From contig CAWJGT010000006.1 of assembly GCA_963842525.1 (NCBI GenBank), positions 128,001-192,000 on the forward strand: a stretch of DNA of 64,000 nt. Reading direction: 5' to 3'. The notes below the pieces were generated by a model that saw nothing but the letters and a program-made list of their open reading frames with translations, was not told where the DNA came from and ran no database searches. The position numbers and the translations under genes are program-made. Origin of the DNA: an uncultured Holophagales bacterium. Its GTDB lineage: Bacteria; Acidobacteriota; Thermoanaerobaculia; Multivoradales; UBA5704. Below are positions 50,524 to 60,221 of the stretch, piece after piece. The stretch's first letter is position 1. Each line of letters starts with the position of its first letter.

Positions 50524-50646
50524 CTCTCCTCCTGAAAATCCTGGTTGTCACGGCTTCCATGAGACGAAACGCACCATACTTTTCGGAACCCTGCCCCCGT
50601 GACCATCGGGGCCGCGGGCGGGTAGCGATCCTGAAAGGAGCTGCGC

Positions 50647-51012
50647 ATGACATCGTTTTCGTTCCGCCGCAAGGTCCTTGTCCTCCTCTTGGTCGGAGCG
50701 TTTAACATGCCCTGGGCTCTGGCTGCAGAGCCGCTAACTTCCCCCGAGCGTGCTCAGACCTTCGATTGGGCCCCGCTCGACCTCCTCTCCGGCTTTTGGA
50801 GAGCTCTTATCACTCTCTGGGGCGAGGAAGGTTGCACCATCGACCCGTACGGTCGCTGCATCACCAGCCCTGGCAGCGGCGCCACCTCGGGCACGACGGG
50901 TGACAACGGGTGCACCATCGACCCAAGTGGCCGCTGCCTGCCCACCTCCCTCCCCTCTCCCCGGCACTCGGCCGGCTCATTCCAGTCCGCCGGGAGAGGG
51001 GGCGCTTCATGA
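50647..51012 (+). CDS. Small secreted precursor with two GCTIDPxGRC motifs
   Basis: AAAGGAG RBS; signal peptide; W-rich helix; EGCTIDPYGRC and NGCTIDPSGRC. Confidence 0.75.
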   Translation: MTSFSFRRKVLVLLLVGAFNMPWALAAEPLTSPERAQTFDWAPLDLLSGFWRALITLWGEEGCTIDPYGRCITSPGSGATSGTTGDNGCTIDPSGRCLPTSLPSPRHSAGSFQSAGRGGAS

Positions 51013-51485
51013 GCCCGCCCGCCGGAGGTCGTTCAGGAAGCCCCGGGCCATCTCCAGGGTGATCGTCTCCTTTTCCACGGCTTCGCAGAACAGCTTGACG
51101 GTGACGAAGACCTCACGGGAAACCTTCTGCGCCTGGAACACTGGGGCGAGTTGCCGGGTCAGCTCCTGGACCTCGGCCGTCCGGTCCTGGCTCAGGTAGA
51201 GGACGGCCAGCTCCAGGGATACCAGGGCTGTGTCGTAGGCGATGCCGAGCGCCAGGAAATCTTTACGCACCTGCTGGAAGGCCGCTTCGGCTTCCCGAGC
51301 CTCTCCGCGAACGTTGGCGATCCTTCCGCCCAGCCAGCTCAGGCGTACCAGATCGAGTTGATTCCCGAGCCGGATCGCTTGTTCTCGAACCTCGTCCATC
51401 ATCCTTTCGGCCTCGGCGTGGCGGCCTACTTGGTGCAGGTTCTCCAAGAGGTTGAACCGCAGGCCCCACAGTACCCGCGGCTCGC
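51007..51485 (-). pseudogene. C-terminal half of a second XRE/TPR-like paralog
   Basis: Closely similar to about 49540-49955 at DNA and protein level; no N-terminus. Confidence 0.8.
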
Positions 51486-51873
51486 GAAGTTGCGGGAAGC
51501 GGCCGTGTACAGGCCGGACCGCCAGGGCAGTCTCGAGGTGGGTCCGGGACCGGCTGTGAAAGATGTCGAGAGCCGCGAGCTGAACCTTGACGTCTTCCAC
51601 GAAAGCACCCGTCGAGCGCTCTATGACGTCGTGGTGCGGGACAACTTCACCGAGCGCGCACTCGATCCTGAGGCTGATCCGCCGGAGGTCTGGGTGCCGC
51701 CGTATACCCCGGACGAGGCGCAACTGGAGGTCTTCTTCCTGCTGGGCCGCTGGTTCGCCACCTGGCGGAAGCTGGAGGCGCCGGCCGACGCTCCGGAGCA
51801 CGAGCGACAGGAGCTGCTGCGCCTCGAGCCCCACCGGCATCGACCGGGGGACATCGAATACACGGACGTCTGA
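51480..51873 (+). pseudogene. 5'-truncated hypothetical gene
   Basis: Coding-like frame ...WVPPYTPDEAQLEVFFLLGRWFATWRK...IEYTDV with no credible start after the junction. Confidence 0.5.
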
Positions 51874-52095
51874 ATCCGCGCAACCCCTCCTTTGACCCTC
51901 GCCGATTCCCCCTCCAGGCGGAACTGTGGCAGAATGTGCTGCAACGCCAGCCCAGGCAGGTTTCCAGGCTCGCAGGACTCCGCGAGGGTGTGAAGCAGGT
52001 CACACAACTCCCGTGGAATTCGGCACTTGCACGCCGCGGGAGGAAGGTATAGAGTTCCCGCACTGGTCCATATAGTCATACACGCATTGGGTGGC

Positions 52096-52124
52096 TTGAC
52101 AGGGGTGTAGTTTGCTGCTAGCTT
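52096..52124 (+). promoter_or_regulatory. Sigma-70 promoter of the pil operon
   Basis: TTGACA-17 bp-TAGCTT. Confidence 0.6.
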
Positions 52125-52193
52125 CGAGCGAAGCTTTAAGTACGTTGCGCTAAGTAGGCATCAAAGCTGGATTTTCAGGGGGCTCGAAACGCC

Positions 52194-53263
52194 GTGCTCT
52201 TCTCCCGGTCCAAAAAGGGTGTCGTCGGTCTGGACATTGGCAGCTCGGCGATCAAGCTGGTCGAGCTCCGCGAGCGCAAGGGGGAGTACCACCTCCAGCG
52301 CCTCGGGGTGGAGCCGCTGTCGCCGGAGGCGATCGTGGACGGCTCGATCATGGACTCGTCCCTGGTGGTCGACGCGATTCACCGCCTGAACGACCAGACC
52401 AAGGTCAAGAACACCTCCTATGCAACGTCGCTGTCGGGTCACTCGGTGATCATCAAGAAGATCCAGCTCCCGGCCATGCCGCAGGAGGAGCTGCGCCGAG
52501 TCGATCCAGTGGGAGGCCGAGCAGTACATCCCCTTCGACATCAACGACGTGCGCCTCGACTACGAGGTGCTCGAAGCGGGCGAGCCCCGGGCGGGACAAC
52601 ATGGAGGTGCTGCTCGTCGCGGTCAAACGCGACAAGGTCAACGACTACGTGTCGGTGATCAGCCAGACGGGCAAGACGCCGACGATCGTCGACGTCGACG
52701 TCTTCGCGGTGCAGAACGCCTACGAGGCCAACTACGACCTCGATCCGCGCAAGGTCGGTGGCGCTGATCAACATGGGCGCCGGGGTGACCAACATCAACA
52801 TCATCGCCCGCGGCCAGACGGTCTTCTGGCGCGACATCTCCTTCGGCGGCAATCAGTTCACGGAGGCGCTGCAGCGCGAGTTCAATCTCTCCTTCGCGCA
52901 GGCCGAGGCGCTCAAGCAGGGCGAGGCGGTGGATCGCTACAGCCCGGCGGACGCGCAGGCCGGTGCTCGACACGGTCTCGGCCGAGATGGCGTCGGAGAT
53001 CCGCAAGACCTTCGACTTCTTCTCGGCGACCTCGTCGGAGGGGCCGGTCGACGAGCTGGTGCTCTCGGGCGGCTGCGCCCTGACGCCCAACCTGCTGCAG
53101 GTGCTGCGGGACCGCTTCGAGGTGCCGACGGAGCTGATGAATCCGCTGCGGCGGATCAAGTATCAAGGAGAGCGACTTCGACGCCGACTGGCTGCAGTCG
53201 ATCGCTCCGATGATGGCGGTCGCTGTGGGGCTCGGCATCCGCAAGGTAGGGGATTGCCGATGA
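52194..53263 (+). CDS. pilM: Type IV pilus assembly protein PilM (about 5 frameshifts)
   Basis: VGLDIGSSAIK, WEAEQYIPF, VLLVAVK, DISFGG, LSGG, AVAVGLGIR across frames. Confidence 0.85.
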
Positions 53264-53897
53264 CAAGATCAACCTGCTCGCCGAGGGCAAGCGCTCGGTG
53301 GCGGTGCGCAAGGTCAAGCCCGCGGCCCTGCTCGAGGGGAAGGACATCGGGCAGTGGCTGCTCGCCGCCGGCTTCCTGCTGGCGGCTCCTGATCACCGTG
53401 CTCTACTGGTGGCAGGTCGACGGCCAGGTCAAGGCGCAGCAGCAGCAGATCGACGACGCCAACCGGGAGGTGGAGGCCCTCGCCTCGGTGATCAAGGAGG
53501 TCGAGGACTACAAGGCCAAGAAGTCCGAGCTGGAGCGCAAGATCGGCATCATCAACGACTTGAAGCTCAACCAGCGTGGCCCCGTGCGGGTGATGGACTA
53601 CATCTCCCGCGCTCTGCCCGAGCTGCTCTGGATCGACCGGATGCGGATGGACGCCTCCTCGATCGAGATCGAGGGGCGGGCGTTCAACACCAACGCCGTG
53701 GCCAATTTCATCGAGAACCTGGACAAGGTCCCCGAGTTCGAGGAGCCGACGCTCCGGACGACGGAGGAGCAGGGCAGCGGCATCTACAAGTTCGTCATCA
53801 CGTTCAACTACTCGTTCGCTCCGCTCAAAGAGTCCGGAGAGGCGGGCGCTCGCGGCACCGGCGGACGGTCCGGCAGCCGCTGTCGACGTCTGGGTAG
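53260..53897 (+). CDS. pilN: PilN domain protein (frameshifted)
   Basis: KINLL motif, TM helix, coiled coil, ALPELLWI...IEGRAF...VANFIENL. Confidence 0.8.
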
Positions 53898-53910
53898 GGA
53901 GGTATTCCCG

Positions 53911-54585
53911 GTGGCGATCAAGACCGGACTGGAAGGCAAGCCCTGGTACTACGGCGCCGCGATCGGCGTCGTGGCGGGCGGCGTGATCTTCGGGCTCGGC
54001 CTACTGGCGTTTCATCCAGCCGATGAAGGACCAGTTGGCGCAGGGCGAGCTGACGCTGGCGGAGCTGCAGACCAAGATCCAGGAAGGGCGGGCCGCCAAG
54101 CGCAGCTCCCGAAGTTCCGCGAGGAGGTGCGCCAGCTCGAGCTGGAGCTCGACAAGCTGCTGCGCATCCTGCCGGCGCGGCGCAACACGCCCGACCTCCT
54201 GCGCCGCATCCGCCCCTGGCCGAGCAGGGGGACTTCACGCTCAAGACGTTCACTCCCGGCGAGCTCCAGGACAAGGAGTTCTTCAGCGAGTGGCCGATCC
54301 GCATCAATCTCGACGGCAGCGTACCACAACCTGGCGCTGTTCTTCGACCGCATCAGCCGCTTCTCGCGCATCATCAACATCGAGGATCTGAGCATCGGTG
54401 CGATCAACGAAGGCCCCGAGCACACGATCGCCGCCAGCTTCTCCGCCAAGACGTTCGTCTACAAGGAGCCCGAGCCCGCGGCTCCCGCCACGACCGGCGG
54501 CCCGGCTGGAGGGCCCGCACCGGGCAGTCCCGCGTCGCGTGCCCTCTCGGGTGGCGGCGGCGACGTTGGAGGAGAAGGCCCATGA
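53911..54585 (+). CDS. pilO: PilO (frameshifted)
   Basis: GGAGG RBS; LLRILP...PDLLRRI; YHNLALFFDRISRFSRIINIEDL; AKTFVY. Confidence 0.8.
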   Translation: MAIKTGLEGKPWYYGAAIGVVAGGVIFGLGLLAFHPADEGPVGAGRADAGGAADQDPGRAGRQAQLPKFREEVRQLELELDKLLRILPARRNTPDLLRRIRPWPSRGTSRSRRSLPASSRTRSSSASGRSASISTAAYHNLALFFDRISRFSRIINIEDLSIGAINEGPEHTIAASFSAKTFVYKEPEPAAPATTGGPAGGPAPGSPASRALSGGGGDVGGEGP

Positions 54586-55122
54586 GCCCGCAAACGCTCA
54601 AGGCCGCCGGCCTGCTCGCCCCGCTGCTGGCCGTGGCCCTGCTCACCCTGCTGCCCGGCGGATGGCTCGCCGCCCAGCCGCCGCCTCCGGCGCCGGCGCC
54701 CGGCCCGGAGGAAACGGCGCCCAACGGGTCCCGACATCGACCAGATCCTCGAAGGCGAGGAGGAGGTCCTGTCGGGATCCGGCGGCTTCACCTATGACCC
54801 CGGCAACCGCCGCGACCCATTCAAGTCGCTGCTCAGCGGACCGGAGCGCCCCCAGCTTCGCGGCCCCCGCCCGGAAGGGATCCCGGGCCTGTTGATCGAC
54901 GAGATCGACCTCAAGGGGATCTGGCGGACCCCCAAGGGATTCGTGGTCCAGGTGCTGGCGGCGAACCAGAAGAAGACATACCTGCTCAAGGAAGGCGACC
55001 AGCTCTACGACGGCGACGTCGTGAGCATCAACAAGAAAGAGGTCGTCTTCAAGCAGATCGTTCAGGATCCGACGGCTCTCAAGCCGTTTCGCGAGGTGGT
55101 CAAGACTCTGAACCCGTCTTGA
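54582..55122 (+). CDS. pilP: PilP-like protein (frameshift near 54730)
   Basis: YDPGNRRDPFKSL; IDEIDLKGI; LKEGDQLYDG; lies between pilO and pilQ. Confidence 0.7.
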
Positions 55123-55161
55123 CGGGGTTTTCCTGCAGTCCCGTCGAGGGAGGCGAGTGCC

Positions 55162-57714
55162 ATGGGAGATGTGGTCAACAGAAGAGAGGGCGATGCGTGG
55201 CGAGGCTGGACGGCCGCGCTGGCGATAACGTCCCTGGTGTTGGGTTTTGCCTGCACCTCGTCGAAGCCGGCCAAGGTGGTCGAGGCGGCTCCGGCCGAGG
55301 CGGCCAGGCCCGCAGCGGACGAGAAGCCCGCCACCGCTGCGGCCGAAATCCGCTCCCTGGAGCTGCGGGAGGGCGCTCCGGAGGTGTTCGTGGACCTCGA
55401 GTCCAGCGCTCCTCTGGTGTGGACGAGCTTCCGCAACGCCGACGGCCAGGTGGTCGTGGAGCTGCCCAACGCGCTGCCGGGAGCCGGTGTCTCCGACCTC
55501 GCGCCCGTCGAAGGGCTGGTCGCCTCGCTCCAGGTGCAGCGCGCCCAGGAGGGGACCCGCCCCATGACGCGGCTGGTCATCGGCACGCGGCACGAGGTGG
55601 AGCACTCGATCACCGCCGAGGCCAACAGGCTCCAGGTCCGGCTGCAGCCGGTCGGCGAGCAGGCCGCCCTCGACCAGGCGACGCAGGCGACGCCGGAGCC
55701 GATGGCGGCCGAGAGCCCGGCCCCGCCCGCGGCCCCAGGCCTGATCGATGAGCCGGCGGCCTCTCCTGCTCAGGAGGCTCCGGCCGAGGCCTCGTCGCCC
55801 GGCACTCTCGAGGAGCCCCGCATGGCGCCCGTCACCTCGGGCGAGGCCGCGACGCGTCTCGACGGCATCGAGGTCCTCGCCTCCCAGGGCAGCTCGGTGG
55901 TCCGCATCTCCGGCGACGGCGCGCTCCCGTACTCCACCTTCGCCCTGGCCGAGCCCGAGCGCTTCGTCATCGACCTGAACGGCGTGATCAACCGCAGCGC
56001 GCGCACGACGGTGAACGTCGAGGGCGGCATCGTCGAACGGGTCCGCGTGGCGCAGTTCAAGCCTTATCCGAAGCCGGTCTCGCGCGTGGTCTTCGACCTC
56101 CGGTCGCGGGTGGTGCCGGTCATCGAGCGCACCTCCGACGCCCTGGTCGTGAGCTTCCCGTCCGGCAGTGACGCCGCGGCGGAGGCGCCGATTTCCGAGC
56201 CGGCCCGGGACGAGCTGAGACCGCCGGAGAGGCCCGCCCCGACTCCGCCGCCGGCCTCGGACCTGGACCTCGCGCCCCGCACCGGGACGACGATGCTCGC
56301 CCAGCGCAATCCGTCGGGCATCGAGGTCGAAGAGGCGCCCGCGGCGCCGCCGTCGTCCGCTCCGCCGCAGGTCCAGATCACACCCGCCGGGCCGGCGCCC
56401 GCCGGCGGCTCGCGGCGGGAGGTGACTCCCACCGGCGCCAGCTCGGGCACGGTCCTGGAGACCTTCCAGCCGCAGGCCCTCGGCCAGACGGAGAAGGTCT
56501 ACAAGGGCGAGCTGATCGACCTCAAGGTCACCAATGCCGACGTCACCGAGGTGCTGCGCACCTTCGCCCAGATCGGCGGGCTCAACATGGTGATCCAGCC
56601 CGGCGTCTCCGGCCAGGTGACCGCGGAGCTCGACAACGTGCCCTGGGACCAGGCCCTCGAGCAGATCCTCAAGATCAACGGCCTGTCCTATGAGCTCGAG
56701 GGCAACATGATGCGCGTCGCGCCGGTCTCCGTGCTCCGGCAGGAGGCGCAGGAGAAGCAGCAGCTCGCGGCGGCGCAGGCGCTGTCCATCCCGTTGCGCA
56801 CCATCTTGCGGCGCCTGAGCTATGCCGACGCGGGAGAGATCTCGGGCCTGCTTTCGGGTCAGGGCGGGCTGCTCTCGCAGCGCGGCAGCGTCATCGTCGA
56901 CGCCCGGACGAACAGCCTGATCGTCAAGGAGCTGCCGGGCTTCATCGACACCGTGATGTCGGTCATCGACCGGCTCGACACGCCCGAGCCGCAGGTCATG
57001 ATCGAGGCGCGGATCATCGAGACCACCAAGCGGTTCACCCGCGACTTCGGCATCCAGTGGGGCTTCGAAGGGGTGGCCGACGCGGCGCACGGCAATACCA
57101 CCGGCCTCATCTTCCCCAACAACATCAACGGCACCGGCGGGGTCAACGCGCCCGGCGGCGGCAACACCGGCAGCATCAACCTGCGGCTGGGCAACGTCCT
57201 CAACACCTTCCAGCTCGACATCGCCCTCCAGGCGGCGGAGAGCGAGGGGTTGATCAACATCCTCTCCGCCCCCAAGGTGGCGACCCTCAACAACCAGCAG
57301 GCGTCCATCCAGAGCGGTCTCCAGATCCCGATCCAGACCGTCGCCAACAACACGGTGACCGTGCAGTACGTCAACGCGACGCTGCGGCTGGACGTGACGC
57401 CGCAGGTGACCGCCGAGGGTACGGTGCTGATGACCATCGCCATCACCAAGCGCGAGCCGCAGCTCGCCTTCCTGGTGCCGGGCGCGACCAACGCGCCGAT
57501 CGCCACCAAGGAGGCCAGCACGCGCCTGCTCGTGCGCGACGGCGGCACGGCCGTGATCGGCGGCATCTACCGGGTGACGTCCGATTCGGGCGAGGATCGC
57601 GTGCCGGGGCTGGCGAACATTCCGATCATCGGCCATCTGTTCAAGAACAAGACGCGGAGTGAAGAGAACGAAGAGCTGTTGATCTTCATCACCCCGCGGG
57701 TGATCAAAATCTAG
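55162..57714 (+). CDS. pilQ: Type IV pilus secretin with AMIN domains
   Basis: Lipobox GFAC; two AMIN-like domains; VPWDQAL; QVMIEARIIE; VPGLANIPIIGHLFK; ELLIFITPRVI. Confidence 0.95.
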   Translation: MGDVVNRREGDAWRGWTAALAITSLVLGFACTSSKPAKVVEAAPAEAARPAADEKPATAAAEIRSLELREGAPEVFVDLESSAPLVWTSFRNADGQVVVELPNALPGAGVSDLAPVEGLVASLQVQRAQEGTRPMTRLVIGTRHEVEHSITAEANRLQVRLQPVGEQAALDQATQATPEPMAAESPAPPAAPGLIDEPAASPAQEAPAEASSPGTLEEPRMAPVTSGEAATRLDGIEVLASQGSSVVRISGDGALPYSTFALAEPERFVIDLNGVINRSARTTVNVEGGIVERVRVAQFKPYPKPVSRVVFDLRSRVVPVIERTSDALVVSFPSGSDAAAEAPISEPARDELRPPERPAPTPPPASDLDLAPRTGTTMLAQRNPSGIEVEEAPAAPPSSAPPQVQITPAGPAPAGGSRREVTPTGASSGTVLETFQPQALGQTEKVYKGELIDLKVTNADVTEVLRTFAQIGGLNMVIQPGVSGQVTAELDNVPWDQALEQILKINGLSYELEGNMMRVAPVSVLRQEAQEKQQLAAAQALSIPLRTILRRLSYADAGEISGLLSGQGGLLSQRGSVIVDARTNSLIVKELPGFIDTVMSVIDRLDTPEPQVMIEARIIETTKRFTRDFGIQWGFEGVADAAHGNTTGLIFPNNINGTGGVNAPGGGNTGSINLRLGNVLNTFQLDIALQAAESEGLINILSAPKVATLNNQQASIQSGLQIPIQTVANNTVTVQYVNATLRLDVTPQVTAEGTVLMTIAITKREPQLAFLVPGATNAPIATKEASTRLLVRDGGTAVIGGIYRVTSDSGEDRVPGLANIPIIGHLFKNKTRSEENEELLIFITPRVIKI

Positions 57715-57728
57715 GCGTGGAGCGATCA

Positions 57729-58268
57729 ATGACACGCAAGCTGACCATTCCGTTCGCCATCTTCCTCCTGGCCGCCGCCCTTGCCGGATGCCGTTCGGAG
57801 ACGGACCGCAGCGAGGGGGCGGTCCTCCTCTCGGTGACCGACTTCGACGAGCTCCCGGTCGAGGTCTCCGTCACCCAGGGACCCTTCTCGATCGGCCAGA
57901 TCCAGGTCCGCAACATCCCCAAGGACCCGGCGGGCAATCTGAGCGACCTCCAGTCGGTGGAGATCCGCTCGTACGAGATCGCATGGGTCCGCCGGGACAC
58001 GGGACGCCGGTTGCCGCCGGTGCTGGTGCAGTCCCTCTTCGGGCTCATCGCGCCGAACGGCACGACCACGTTCGACAACCTGCCGCTCCTGACCTCGGAT
58101 CAGATCTTCAACCCGCCGCTCTCGGACCTGGCCCGCACCGGGATCGACTCCGAGACAGGAAGCCGGCTGATCGTCCTGGATGCGCGGCTTCGTTTCTTTG
58201 GTCGCACTTTGTCCGGGGACGACATCGTCAGCGCCCCGGCCGCGTTTACGATTGAGGTGGTGCCATGA
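57729..58268 (+). CDS. Lipoprotein in the pil operon
   Basis: Lipobox LAGC; beta-rich; translationally coupled to the next gene. Confidence 0.75.
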   Translation: MTRKLTIPFAIFLLAAALAGCRSETDRSEGAVLLSVTDFDELPVEVSVTQGPFSIGQIQVRNIPKDPAGNLSDLQSVEIRSYEIAWVRRDTGRRLPPVLVQSLFGLIAPNGTTTFDNLPLLTSDQIFNPPLSDLARTGIDSETGSRLIVLDARLRFFGRTLSGDDIVSAPAAFTIEVVP

Positions 58269-60136
58269 ACACTTTGAAGAAATGTTCCTTTGTGCTGCTG
58301 CTCGGCATGGTGCTCGCCTTCGCCGGAGGCTGTCAGTCCGATTCTCCGACCGAGCCGTCCGGAGGCACGCCGACGACGCCGCTGCCGCCGCTCCCGGTCG
58401 TCTCCACCACGGTCTCGGTGTCGGCCAATCCCCCCCAGGCGACGACGGGGAGCGAAACTCCGATCACCATCACCGTGGACGTGCGCCGCAGTGACGGCAC
58501 GGTGCCGGCGGACCAGACCCCGGTCACGCTGACCACGACCCTCGGCGAGTTCGGCAGCCTCGGCAGCGGCCAGACGACCACCACCGTGCAGCTCGTCAAC
58601 GGCCGTGCCCAGACGGTGCTGTTCCCGGGCACCGCCGTCGGCCAGGCCATCGTCCGCGCCGAGATCGCCGGCGGCTTCTCGGGCTTCACGAACATCCCGA
58701 TCGGACAGGGGGCCACGTTCTTCGTCGCCTCGATCAACCCGTCGATCGGCAACCCGCAGGGCGGCGAGGAGGTGACGATCGAGGGCGGTGGTTTCGAAAC
58801 CCCCGTCAGGGTCACCTTCAACGGCGCCACGGCGCAGGTGCTGTCGGTCACCCCGACCCGGATCCGGATCCGGACGCCGACCGCGGCCGCGGCGGGCGTC
58901 ACCGTCCCCGTGGGCGAGACACGGCCGGTGAGCGTGACGGTGCAGATCAACGTCAACGAGGCGACCCAGGCGGCTGACACGCTGGCCAACGGCTTCACCT
59001 ACACGCAGGGCGGCGGCATCCTGCAGCCGCAGGTCTTCTCGGTGACTCCGTCCTCGGGGAGCAACGACGGCGGCACGACGGTCCAGATCCTCGGCGACGG
59101 CTTCGAGGCGCCGCTGCAGGTGTTCTTCGGCCAGGGCACCTCGGCGACCACCTTCAACGGCGTCGAGGCCACGATCGTGTCGGTCACCCGGACCCGGATC
59201 ACGGCGATCACGCCGGCGGCACGCGGCTTCGGGCAGGCGAACCTGAACCAGCAGGTGAACGTCCTGGTGAAGAACGTGAACACCGGGTTCAGCAACGTCG
59301 GCTCGCAGCTCTTCAAATACGGCACGCAGGTCCTCATCACCTCGATGGGGCCTGGCTCCGGTTCCTACCTCGGCGGCACCCACGTGACGATCCACGGCCA
59401 GGGCTTCGACGGGCCCGTGGCGGTCAGCCTGGGCGGCGTCGGCCAGTTCGTGGTCTCGGTCACCGGGACGGAGATCGTCTTCCGCACGACCGGCGTTCCG
59501 GTCACCCAGTGCCCGGCCAACGGCGTCATCACGGTGACCGGGGTCGGCGTGACCAACATCGAGACCGGGGACGGCGCGACCGCCCAGCTCGGCTTCAACT
59601 TCGTCGTGCCGCTGCCGCTGATCTTCGGGGTCAACCCGCAGATCGGAAGCGTCGGCTCCTCGACGACGATCTCCGGGCAGAACTTCGCGCAGAACGTGCA
59701 GGTGCTGTTCGGCGATGCAACCACAGGCAGCTCGGCAGCCATTACGAGCCGGACGTTCTCCGACACGACCGACACGATTACAGTGACTGTCCCGACGCCG
59801 CCCTCCACCTTCACCTTCACCACCGAGCCGTGCGACGGCAACGGCGACGGCATCGCCGGCGGGACGCGCAATGTCCCGACTCCGATCACCGTCAACGTGC
59901 GCAACCTGGACGGCACCGGCTGCGCGGCCACGCTGAGCAATGCGTTCACCCTCAACCCGCAGAACACGACCTGCACGGGCGACACCAGCGTGCCGCCGCC
60001 GGCTCCGCAGTGCTCGGACGGCGTCGACAACGACTCGGATGGTTTCATCGACCACTCCAGCGTCAATCCTGCCGGTCCTCCGAACGGAGATCCGGACCCG
60101 GGGTGCAGCAGCCCGACGGACAACAGCGAGGGATAA
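58265..60136 (+). CDS. Ig-like/IPT-TIG repeat lipoprotein with a C-terminal Ca-binding motif
   Basis: Lipobox AGGC; repeats like SINPSIGNPQGGEEVTIEGGGF; CSDGVDNDSDGFID...DPGC. Confidence 0.8.
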   Translation: MNTLKKCSFVLLLGMVLAFAGGCQSDSPTEPSGGTPTTPLPPLPVVSTTVSVSANPPQATTGSETPITITVDVRRSDGTVPADQTPVTLTTTLGEFGSLGSGQTTTTVQLVNGRAQTVLFPGTAVGQAIVRAEIAGGFSGFTNIPIGQGATFFVASINPSIGNPQGGEEVTIEGGGFETPVRVTFNGATAQVLSVTPTRIRIRTPTAAAAGVTVPVGETRPVSVTVQINVNEATQAADTLANGFTYTQGGGILQPQVFSVTPSSGSNDGGTTVQILGDGFEAPLQVFFGQGTSATTFNGVEATIVSVTRTRITAITPAARGFGQANLNQQVNVLVKNVNTGFSNVGSQLFKYGTQVLITSMGPGSGSYLGGTHVTIHGQGFDGPVAVSLGGVGQFVVSVTGTEIVFRTTGVPVTQCPANGVITVTGVGVTNIETGDGATAQLGFNFVVPLPLIFGVNPQIGSVGSSTTISGQNFAQNVQVLFGDATTGSSAAITSRTFSDTTDTITVTVPTPPSTFTFTTEPCDGNGDGIAGGTRNVPTPITVNVRNLDGTGCAATLSNAFTLNPQNTTCTGDTSVPPPAPQCSDGVDNDSDGFIDHSSVNPAGPPNGDPDPGCSSPTDNSEG

Positions 60137-60149
60137 TCGAATGCAGGCA

Positions 60150-60220
60150 TGAGGGCGCGGCGTGGCCCGCGCCCTTGAAGTCTTCGAGGGCGGTTGCCGG
60201 AGGCAGCCGCCCTTTTGTTT
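60150..60220. terminator. Double-hairpin terminator between convergent genes
   Basis: GAGGGCGCGG...CCGCGCCCTT and AGGGCGGTTGCC...GGCAGCCGCCCTTTT. Confidence 0.6.
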
Positions 60221-60221
60221 C

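Noticed and set aside
51925-51945. Sigma-54 promoter TGGCAGAATGTGCTGC upstream of pilM
   Set aside because: The GG-to-GC spacing is not the required 10 bp; a good sigma-70 promoter lies at 52096.
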